Shown here: in pieces, positions 29,884-37,850 of the stretch
How positions within the stretch are numbered: position 1 is the stretch's first letter
Layout of the letters: the number at the start of each line of letters is the position of its first letter
Origin: Treponemataceae bacterium
Lineage (GTDB): Bacteria; Spirochaetota; Spirochaetia; Treponematales; Rectinemataceae
Assembly: GCA_963667725.2 (NCBI GenBank)
Contig: CAXXHO010000006.1
Coordinates: 1-64,000 of the forward strand
Direction: 5' to 3'
DNA: 64,000 bases
Notes under the pieces: model-generated
Seen by the model: only the letters and a program-made list of their open reading frames with translations
Told to the model about the DNA's origin: nothing
Database searches by the model: none
Translations under genes and position numbers: made by a program

Positions 29884-30044
29884 GGACAGGACGACAGAAC
29901 CGTCAGGACTGACAGGAAAGAGCTTTTGGTTAAGAAAGAGAAGAGAAGAAACGCGAATATGAAAAGTGCCACTAGAAGCGCCGCGCGTTCTCCTAACCCA
30001 AAAACATTCTCCCCGTAAATCCTGTCACGTCCCGTTATCCTGTC
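29884..30044 (+). repeat. GACAGGA/TCCTGTC palindromic element, copy 9
   Basis: GGACAGGACGACAG...GAGCTTTTGGTTAAGAAAGAGAA...GCGTTCTCCTAACCCAAAAA...TATCCTGTC. Confidence 0.92.
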
Positions 30045-30119
30045 GCAGTTAATCCTATCTAAACAAATATTGTATATAGAAATACAATGCACTATCCTTA
30101 ACAACAAAAGAGGTATGCC

Positions 30120-30959
30120 ATGAGAAAAGTGACTCTCTCGCTTCTTGTTGGATTATGCCTGCTTTTCATTTCAGGATGCGAACTGCTTGATCTTTATCTA
30201 TCGACGACCACTACCGTCACGACCATTACTAATCCGGTGATTGTTCAAATGGTGAACGTTGAAGGCGGCACCTTCCAGATGGGTGACGATTTTCTTTATA
30301 CTTCGCTTCCCATCCATACGGTTACCGTAAGCGGCTTTCAAATCGGCAAGCTTGAAATAACGCAAGGCCAGTATCGCGAAGTGATGGGGACCAATCCGTC
30401 ATACTTCATCGATGGGCCCTATCCCGACAGCCGGCCGGTCGACCAAGTGAAGTGGTACGAGGCGGTGGCGTTCTGCAATCAGCTCTCCCTGCTTCACGGA
30501 TATGAATGCTGCTACATGATTGATGGAACGAACGTTGCGCTCGACGCAAGTAAAAACGGCTATCGGCTCCCCAGCGAAGCTGAATGGGAATTCGCGGCGA
30601 AAGGCGGAACATTAGGCTATGGGTATACCTATTCCGGATCGAATAATCCTGATTTCGTCGGTTGGTACAATGCGAATTCCGGGCAAGTCTCGCATGTCGT
30701 GGGAGGGAAGGCGGCCAACGAGCTTGGCATTTATGATATGAGCGGCAACCTCCGTGAAAGGTGTTTCGATTTTTGGCTCGACAGCTATCCGGCGGAGGCG
30801 CAGATCGATCCTATGGGCCCTTCGACAGGGGAATATCGTGTGCGTAGGGGAGGCGCCTGGGACTTCAGTGAGACAATGCTGCGATGCACGGCGAGGAATT
30901 ACGGAACACCCGAAAACCGGAGGAATTTCACTGGTTTCCGCGTGGTGAGGAGACCCTGA
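30120..30959 (+). CDS. Lipoprotein with FGE-sulfatase/SUMF1 (C-type lectin-like) domain
   Basis: Lipobox-like FISGC; VEGGTFQMG, YRLPSEAEWEFAAKGG, NELGIYDMSGN, RRGGAW, GFRVVR. Confidence 0.9.
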   Translation: MRKVTLSLLVGLCLLFISGCELLDLYLSTTTTVTTITNPVIVQMVNVEGGTFQMGDDFLYTSLPIHTVTVSGFQIGKLEITQGQYREVMGTNPSYFIDGPYPDSRPVDQVKWYEAVAFCNQLSLLHGYECCYMIDGTNVALDASKNGYRLPSEAEWEFAAKGGTLGYGYTYSGSNNPDFVGWYNANSGQVSHVVGGKAANELGIYDMSGNLRERCFDFWLDSYPAEAQIDPMGPSTGEYRVRRGGAWDFSETMLRCTARNYGTPENRRNFTGFRVVRRP

Positions 30960-30968
30960 GCAAAGCGT

Positions 30969-31280
30969 TCAATATCGATTATAAAAGGTGATGACCCCGT
31001 TTCCTGAGCCAACCGGATAAACGACCAAGGCATAATTGTATCGATAGCTTATTGGATTGTTTGAGGTCGTGACTTCGTGGGAAGTGCCCGATTGAAGGAT
31101 GAAACTCTCCCATGATTGTTCGTTTGGGGAGATGGTGATGTTGTAGTAGGAATAATTGATAAACGTGAATGTATAGGTGGGAATGGCTGAATCGCAACTG
31201 AAAACGATCAGGAGCGTGATCAGCGCTACGATGGCGATTGTGATTCTTTTCTTGACTGGAGATCCTTGCGCGATCTTCAT
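30969..31280 (-). CDS. Small hypothetical lipoprotein
   Basis: GGAGG RBS; KKR + hydrophobic stretch + VFSC lipobox-like motif. Confidence 0.65.
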   Translation of the reverse strand: MKIAQGSPVKKRITIAIVALITLLIVFSCDSAIPTYTFTFINYSYYNITISPNEQSWESFILQSGTSHEVTTSNNPISYRYNYALVVYPVGSGNGVITFYNRY

Positions 31281-31513
31281 GCATCGCCTCCTGGATGGGA
31301 TGATTGATGCGGGGCGATTGCAAAGATTTCAGACGAGCAGGACGGTCAAGTTGTTTTATAATCTGTTCTTTACAGATGTACTACGACTTCAGTATGGGTT
31401 TTTTTCTGTTATTGTCAAGAAATAAAGAATGATTTGCCTATCTTGCCCATACACCGAAGCACTTCCTGTCCAAGAGAGCAAAGCGCACTTGAAGCTGTTT
31501 TCATGGTAAGGTA

Positions 31514-31678
31514 ACGACAGGATCCCAGGACCATCAGGACCAACAGGAAACAGCCTTTGGTTAAGAAAGAGAATCGCGGCTATAGGTAAACGAGCGAGGC
31601 TTAGAGAGGCGCCAAGCGTTCTCCTAACCAAAAAACATTCTCTCAGTAAATCCTGTCCCCTTCCTGTCATCCTGTCGT
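31514..31678 (+). repeat. GACAGGA/TCCTGTC palindromic element, copy 10
   Basis: ACGACAGGAT / ATCCTGTCGT termini; CTTTGGTTAAGAAAGAGAA...TTCTCCTAACCAAAA. Confidence 0.92.
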
Positions 31679-32125
31679 AGTTAATCCCATCCAAAGCCCC
31701 ATCTTTTTAACAACCTCCACCTTCAAAGGCTTTATCTCATCCCTACTCAGGTTTATCTGAATTTTTATCCCTAAGGGCTCCGCCGGATCCTCTCTGATCC
31801 CCGCCTCGGCCAGGAGGCCGGGGACTTTGACCCAGCCCTGGTGGACCGAAAGCTTGCGCGCGAAGGCGATGCGCGGGTCCAGGCCCATGAACCGGAGGCG
31901 GCGCTTGGCCGCGAAGAGCCAGCGCTCGGGCTTGTAGTCTTTCTTGTCCAGAAGGGCGAACTCGAGGCCGGCCTCGCCCTCGCTTATGAGGGCAACGGAC
32001 AGGAAGGCCTCGGCTTCATGGAAGGAGCGCAGCAGGGAAGCTTGCAGGCAACCGCGCAAGACGGCGCGCTTGGCCTCGGGATCAAGGGCGGCGGCCGCCA
32101 GCTCCAGCATCTCTTCTTTCATCAT
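31667..32125 (-). pseudogene. Degenerate/truncated AbiEii-like nucleotidyltransferase toxin
   Basis: ATGA-coupled to the AbiEi-like gene; LRGCLQASLLRSFHEAEAF resembles an AbiEii N-terminus, but the GGT...RFSEDLD motif is absent; stop inside repeat copy 10. Confidence 0.6.
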
Positions 32126-32772
32126 AAGGCCGCCCCCTTCCGCGCCGCGTAGCGGCGGAAGGCCCGCACCGCTTTGGCGAGCCGCGGCCGGCCGGCGCGA
32201 TCCGCCGCGGCCTTCAGCAGTTCCAGGCGTATGGGCGCGGGGTTGAGGCCGGCGGCGTCCATGCGGGGCTCGTCCCAGTCCCCGCCCTCGATGAGCCACC
32301 AGTCCAGGAGCGCCTTTTCTGGTCTTGCGATCCGCGCCGCGCCGCCCCCTATCGCCACCGTCTCCGCGCCGAAAAGCAGGTCCCGGGGCAGGGCGGCGTA
32401 CTCGTAGCGTCCCAGGGCGTTCTCGAAAACCTTGGCTGGCCTGGCGGTTGCCGAGGTGTAGCGGGGCGGCAGCCCCGGCGCCTGGGCGGCCCCACCCGGC
32501 AGCGCGCCGCACCTCCCCAAGGCCCAGGCGCCCGTCAAATACGAGGGCTCGTACAGCCCCCCCGCCAGCTCGGCCCCGTCCAGGGGATAGCGCCGCCAGG
32601 GCTCGGCCAGGACGAAGAATCCCCGCCGCAGCTCGACGAGCTTGCCCGCCTGCCTCCAGCGGTAGAGTTCCGTATGCACGCAAGCCGCCGCCTCGCCCGA
32701 GACAAGGTGAACCATTTCAAAGTCGAACCAGGGCTTGTCCCTAAAGGTTCGGACGATATCCTCGAATTTCAT
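32122..32772 (-). CDS. AbiEi-like type IV TA antitoxin / transcriptional regulator
   Basis: LYRWRQAGKLVELRRGFF, LYEPSYL..WAL, IARPEKALLDW; TTGAAT-N17-TACAGT promoter 7 nt before ATG. Confidence 0.8.
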   Translation of the reverse strand: MKFEDIVRTFRDKPWFDFEMVHLVSGEAAACVHTELYRWRQAGKLVELRRGFFVLAEPWRRYPLDGAELAGGLYEPSYLTGAWALGRCGALPGGAAQAPGLPPRYTSATARPAKVFENALGRYEYAALPRDLLFGAETVAIGGGAARIARPEKALLDWWLIEGGDWDEPRMDAAGLNPAPIRLELLKAAADRAGRPRLAKAVRAFRRYAARKGAAL

Positions 32773-33092
32773 CGACGATACTGTACAGGATTGTTCAGTA
32801 TCATTCAATAATATATGTTTGATGATTATATTTGATAAACCAACTATTCGATGATAATATCCTTGGACTGCATGCTGCTGTACTATCTACATAAGCGGAA
32901 ATTGATGAGCAGGGATACTTTTTCCTTCATATAGAATTTTCTGCATCCCTTGGTGAAAGCCTTTTCTATGCCATTTATTGATGTCATTATTATAATGATA
33001 CGAGGGCAAGTTTTTATAAGACAGAGGTAGTAAAAAATACCTGAAGAATAGAAAAGGAAGTTCTTCAGAATGCTCCACATAGGATTAAGTCC

Positions 33093-34793
33093 ATGCAGCC
33101 AAAAGTACCTGCTTCGAATTCTATTGCCGCTGTTCTCTTGAGGTTCTTCCGAAAAAATGAAATAGAGACAATATTTTGTGTTCCGGGCGCCCAGATTGAA
33201 GCACTCCTCGTTGCTTTCGCTTCGGAGCCGGATATTCGGATTGTCTTGGCAGCTCATGAGCAAGGCGCCGTAGCCATGGCTGATGGGTATTCCCGTCTTG
33301 GCGGCAAACCCGGAGTCGTCTTCACCATCAATGGCCCAGGCATTCTCAATGCTGTTACCATGGCAAACACGGCTCGCCATGATAATAGTCCCATACTGAT
33401 AATCTCAGGAGACGCGCCGACAAGCGTGCGCGGGAATTGGGCTTTTCAAGAATCCAACCGCGAGATCAGCGACACCTTGAGCATAATGAGGCACGCCTGT
33501 GGGTGGGCTATCGAGATCTATAATGTCGAGACCCTTCAGCAGGCCTTGGATCGTTTCGGCGAGTTGGCGCGTGTGGAGCCCCGACCCTTATACATGAATA
33601 TCCCGACAGATATAATGTTGGCTTCTCCACACGGCTGCCCGGGCGATATTGATGAGCCAGTGATAAAAGCAAATCATTCTTTGCCGATAGGACCGTTGAA
33701 GATTGGCAACGTGGTCATGCTCGTATCGAGAGATGCGGCCTCCGATTCGACAATTGAAAGAAGCATAGCCATGGCGCATAGGTATCGCATTCCGGTGGCT
33801 GTATCGGTTTCCGCAAAATCATGGCTGGATCGAATCGATCCCGCTCTACGATTGGGCCTTTATGGGTATGCGGGGCACGAGAGAGCGATCTGCGCTTTGC
33901 TCGATCAAAGCACGGCCACCATTTTAGCCATCGGTCTTTTATGGAATGAGAGGAATACGCTTGCTTGGCGATTGGAATCGGGAAAGACGATTGCCCTCGA
34001 TTGCAGTTTACCATCGAATCGCATGTTTAAGGCTATTGGGTCTGCCTCTGTCGAGGAGCTCGACCGATTAGATAGTGTATGGAGCGCGGAACTTACAGCT
34101 TCCATGGCAGAAAGAGAAGCCGTGCGTCTTCAATGGATGCGACTTCCCCTGCTTCCATCTCCCGGGCACGTTGGTCCTGGTCCTAGATTGTCCTCCGCAG
34201 AAATCATGAAGGCGCTAAATTCGGCGCTTGATATTGAGGGTGTCCTTTTTGTTGACTCGGGCGATCATAGGATAAGTGCCACGGTATATTTTGAAGCCGG
34301 TCACAGACGGCGCTTCATCACCGCCGCGCGTACCGGACCGATGGGATGGGCTCTTGGCGCGGCAATCGGAGCTTCCTTTGCTCGTTCGGGAGCTCCTTGG
34401 GTCATAACCGGGGATGGCTGCATGCTTATGAGCGGAAATGAAATAGCGGTCGCTGCCAGATATGGACGCCCCGTCAAGGTTTTAGTCTTCGATAACGGAG
34501 CTTATGCACGTGTCGCCTTGCGGCTTAAAAATAAGCCATCTCTCGTGATGGAGTCGATCGCTTTTCTGCCGAAGATTGACTGGGCTTTGTATGGGAAGAG
34601 CCTCGGAGTAGATTCGTGGTGTGTGCATTCTCAGGAAGAGCTTGAGATCGCCATTTTAAAAGCATCGGAATCGCCTCGGCCAGCGCTTATTGTTGCCAAA
34701 ATACCCATGGAGGATCCAGCTTACCCCGATGCTATCGTTTCCTGCTCGTCCGAAGGATGGATTCGGTCTCACATGGCCGAAAGGTCAATATGA
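33093..34793 (+). CDS. Thiamine diphosphate-dependent enzyme (acetolactate synthase-like family)
   Basis: FCVPG, HEQGAVAMADGYSR, GPGILN, GPMGWALGAAIG, TGDG...DNGAY ThDP motif. Confidence 0.9.
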   Translation: MQPKVPASNSIAAVLLRFFRKNEIETIFCVPGAQIEALLVAFASEPDIRIVLAAHEQGAVAMADGYSRLGGKPGVVFTINGPGILNAVTMANTARHDNSPILIISGDAPTSVRGNWAFQESNREISDTLSIMRHACGWAIEIYNVETLQQALDRFGELARVEPRPLYMNIPTDIMLASPHGCPGDIDEPVIKANHSLPIGPLKIGNVVMLVSRDAASDSTIERSIAMAHRYRIPVAVSVSAKSWLDRIDPALRLGLYGYAGHERAICALLDQSTATILAIGLLWNERNTLAWRLESGKTIALDCSLPSNRMFKAIGSASVEELDRLDSVWSAELTASMAEREAVRLQWMRLPLLPSPGHVGPGPRLSSAEIMKALNSALDIEGVLFVDSGDHRISATVYFEAGHRRRFITAARTGPMGWALGAAIGASFARSGAPWVITGDGCMLMSGNEIAVAARYGRPVKVLVFDNGAYARVALRLKNKPSLVMESIAFLPKIDWALYGKSLGVDSWCVHSQEELEIAILKASESPRPALIVAKIPMEDPAYPDAIVSCSSEGWIRSHMAERSI

Positions 34794-36790
34794 AAAGATT
34801 CCACATAATGATCCTGAGCATCGGCTCCTTGCTTGGCCAGAATATGCTCGATGCGCTTGAAGGCAGGCGTCACAACATAAGGGTCACCGGTTTGAACAGC
34901 GTGGCCGATAACCCCAGGGTCTTCCGATGCGATCATGCCTATCTTGTTCCTCCTGCTGAGAGTAAGGATTTTGAGCCTAGGTTGCTCTCTATAATTCGAG
35001 ACGAAAATCCCGATGCGATATTTCCGGGACGTGACAACGATATCCTCATACTTGCCAGGCTCAGGCGGAGTCATCCAACCTTGGCGGGAAAGATACCGCT
35101 AGGATCGTTGGCTGCGGCTAAAATAATGGATGACAAGCTGATGAGCTATCGTTTCGCTGTACGCCATGGACTGCCTTTCGTTCCTACGGTTTCCCTGCGT
35201 CAAGGAGAAAAGATAGTAGTGCGATTTGCCGACGAACATGGGTATCCCCTCATAGCCAAACCATCAGCCGGCTTTGGCTCGCAAGGGATATTGATCCTCA
35301 CCAAACCCTCCCACCTCAAGAGACTTTTTGAAGCTCGGAATTCCGATACGGTGCTCCAGCCTTTCATAGGCATCAATCCTTCTAATGAGAAGGCTATTGC
35401 GAATTTTGATGCGCTTGCAGAATCGGGTGTGCCATTCTTCTTTCATCTTCCCGACGATATGCAATACGCATCGCAGACCCTTATAGGTCCGGACGGACGA
35501 ATCGGAGATCCCTTCTGCTCAATCAGTACGATGATCCTCGGCAGATGCGAGAAGACAATGGCGTTGAATGATCCGGAGTTCAGCGGAATCTCCCTTCGGT
35601 ATGCTCGAGCGATAGCCGAGGAGGGTTGGACTGGGATGTTCAACCTGCAATGCCGGAAGACACCCGCGGGTTATTTTGGAATCGAATTGAACGGAAGGAT
35701 GAGCGGATCGACGTCAGCCAGAGCCCTGCTCGGCTATGACGAAGCAAGGATGTACCTCGATAGTTTCTACAGCTTCGATATCGGAGATACGCCTAAGCCG
35801 AGCAATCCGGATGGGATTGTATACCGCGTTCTTATGAACGCATATGTGTCCAATGCCGATTCTGCCTCCCTGCGCGATACCGGACAGTGGCGCGCCGGAA
35901 AGAAAACGGACAGGATCGTCCTTACGGGCGCAAGCGGCTATATCGGTCGGGAGTTAATGAAAATGCTCCAAGATATGGGTTTCCGCATTATTGTGCTTAC
36001 CCGATCGCCTCAGACGATCGAGAGCATGGGGCTCGATGTGGAGATAGTAGCCAGCAGCGACTATAAGGCTGTGCCTTGGCATCAAGTGGAAACCTTGATC
36101 CATTTGGGCTTCGCGCTTCCCCATCATGGCCAGAGCGCACTCAACGAGAGTATGGAGTACAGCGCTCAGCTGTTGGAGCATGCCGCCCGATCCGGCGTCC
36201 GATCGATCATTTTTATATCGTCTCGCAGTGTCTATGGGACTTCCGGCTCGCTTCCGATGTGCGAATCGACTCTTGCGAATCCCAGCTCGCCTTATGGAGT
36301 GGCCAAGCGGGCAGTGGAGTTGATAGTCGACGGATTGCGACTGCGCTATCCTGATCTTGGCGCTACCATCGTTCGGTTGGGTGCCGTGAACGGTGCCGGC
36401 GCAGGCAATGCGGGAATAGCCGCAATCTCCAAGTTCGTGAAGTCATCGATCGCCGGAGAACAGATCGTGATCGAGGGCGGTGAGCAAAAAACCGACCTTC
36501 TGGATATCCGTGATGCTGTACAAGCCTTAAGCATCCTGGTTGCGTGTCCGCCCGACCAACGAGCAAATATGTATGTTCTATCGTCGTTTGCCGCTTATAC
36601 TATCCGTGAACTCGCTCAAATATGTGTGAACTTGTCCGGAAATCCAAATGCGAGAATCCTTATGCGTCCGGACCAAGGGCGGCCTTCCTTTGCGATGGAT
36701 CCGTCACGCTTCGCCTCTCAGTTCGGATGGAGCCCGAAATACGGGCTCGATGATACAGTTCGAACGCTTATGGACCAGATTTGCCGATAA
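34790..36790 (+). CDS. Fusion: ATP-grasp domain + NAD-dependent epimerase/dehydratase (SDR)
   Basis: N-terminal DDKL, GYPLIAKP..GFGS, IELNGR; C-terminal TGASGYIG, SSRSVYG, YGVAK. Confidence 0.82.
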   Translation: MKRFHIMILSIGSLLGQNMLDALEGRRHNIRVTGLNSVADNPRVFRCDHAYLVPPAESKDFEPRLLSIIRDENPDAIFPGRDNDILILARLRRSHPTLAGKIPLGSLAAAKIMDDKLMSYRFAVRHGLPFVPTVSLRQGEKIVVRFADEHGYPLIAKPSAGFGSQGILILTKPSHLKRLFEARNSDTVLQPFIGINPSNEKAIANFDALAESGVPFFFHLPDDMQYASQTLIGPDGRIGDPFCSISTMILGRCEKTMALNDPEFSGISLRYARAIAEEGWTGMFNLQCRKTPAGYFGIELNGRMSGSTSARALLGYDEARMYLDSFYSFDIGDTPKPSNPDGIVYRVLMNAYVSNADSASLRDTGQWRAGKKTDRIVLTGASGYIGRELMKMLQDMGFRIIVLTRSPQTIESMGLDVEIVASSDYKAVPWHQVETLIHLGFALPHHGQSALNESMEYSAQLLEHAARSGVRSIIFISSRSVYGTSGSLPMCESTLANPSSPYGVAKRAVELIVDGLRLRYPDLGATIVRLGAVNGAGAGNAGIAAISKFVKSSIAGEQIVIEGGEQKTDLLDIRDAVQALSILVACPPDQRANMYVLSSFAAYTIRELAQICVNLSGNPNARILMRPDQGRPSFAMDPSRFASQFGWSPKYGLDDTVRTLMDQICR

Positions 36791-36846
36791 ATTGAATCAC
36801 AGTATGTCGTCGCCATACCGGAAACCGGCTGAACTAAACCCAAAAA

Positions 36847-37713
36847 ATGAAGGATTTTATGACCAGGGATACTTCTAGCTTTATGGACATCGACACACTC
36901 ATGACTCGACTAGGTCTTCCCGGCCGTTCGGTGCACGACATTTTCCCGGGGAAAAAGCTCGCAGTTATGCAGCCGTATCTTTTCCCCTATATGGGTTACT
37001 TCCAGCTCTTCCATGCCGCCGATAAAGTAATCCTCTATGACAATGTGCGATACATCAGGTCTGGATGGATCAACCGGAATAGAATTCTAGAAATCAACAA
37101 AGGTCCCAGGTTCATCACTGTCCCCCTTATGGCGAGAAGCGGCAGCGGCCGCATCAGGGACGCCAAGGCTACCATTTCGCAAGATTGGAAGACGGTGATC
37201 ATGAAAATGATATCGCATAACTATAAGAACGCTCCATATTTCTCCGAAGTCTTCTCCTTGGTCGATTCCGCCCTGGACGCTAAGGAAAGGGCGATTTCCG
37301 AGCTCGCCAAGTCGAGCATAAGAGCGGTGCTTTCATATCTGGATTGGGAAAAACCATTCGAATCGGATTCATCACGTTTCGATCCTCTTGAGGATGAATT
37401 GCTGCAAGTCTCCGCGGATGGGGCCTTCCCCTCCGATTCATCCAACCGGAAATCCCGTCAGTTTGCCCGAGTAAGGGCGCTCTGCATCGCGGAAGGCGCC
37501 GACGCCTACATTAATCCGATTGGGGGCACGGCGCTCTATTGCAAGGAGGAATTCTTGTCGGCGGGAATCCATCTCAATTTTCTGCAGCCGGAATTGCCGC
37601 CATACCCCCAATCATCCGCTGATTTTGTCCCGAATCTCTCGATTATCGACGTCCTCATGAATTTGGGGAAAGAGGGAACCAGGACAATGCTTTCATCGTA
37701 TCGGCTTATCTAG
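36847..37713 (+). CDS. wbqC: WbqC family protein
   Basis: MQPYLFPYMGYFQL, GWINRNRI, YKNAPYF, YINPIGG, FVPNLSIIDVLMN; start uncertain. Confidence 0.88.
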   Translation: MKDFMTRDTSSFMDIDTLMTRLGLPGRSVHDIFPGKKLAVMQPYLFPYMGYFQLFHAADKVILYDNVRYIRSGWINRNRILEINKGPRFITVPLMARSGSGRIRDAKATISQDWKTVIMKMISHNYKNAPYFSEVFSLVDSALDAKERAISELAKSSIRAVLSYLDWEKPFESDSSRFDPLEDELLQVSADGAFPSDSSNRKSRQFARVRALCIAEGADAYINPIGGTALYCKEEFLSAGIHLNFLQPELPPYPQSSADFVPNLSIIDVLMNLGKEGTRTMLSSYRLI

Positions 37714-37739
37714 ATATATTCCTAGACTAACAATTAGGC

Positions 37740-37768
37740 TTGAATTGTGCGACCCGAAATACTATCAT
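37740..37768 (+). promoter_or_regulatory. Putative sigma70 promoter
   Basis: TTGAAT-N17-TATCAT upstream of the adenylating enzyme. Confidence 0.45.
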
Positions 37769-37850
37769 TCCTGCGATTTAGCCATCTGCGGAGAGGCGAT
37801 TGGCTATTTGATGCGCTGTGTTCTAAGCCATAAAGAGAGGAACCGATGCC

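Noticed and set aside
14006..30044. Elements as simple rho-independent terminators
   Set aside because: Copies 4 and 9 lie between divergent 5' ends and copy 1 ends 8 nt before a start codon. The elements are far longer than terminators, lack a U-tract after the stem and keep one orientation regardless of transcription.
4895..31678. CRISPR array interpretation of the repeated element
   Set aside because: Copies are 0.6-11 kb apart and separated by whole genes, the cores are homologous to each other rather than unique spacers, and no cas genes are present.
25552..32772. Classical integron
   Set aside because: No IntI integrase, no attC-type RYYYAAC/GTTRRRY termini, and cargo in both orientations.
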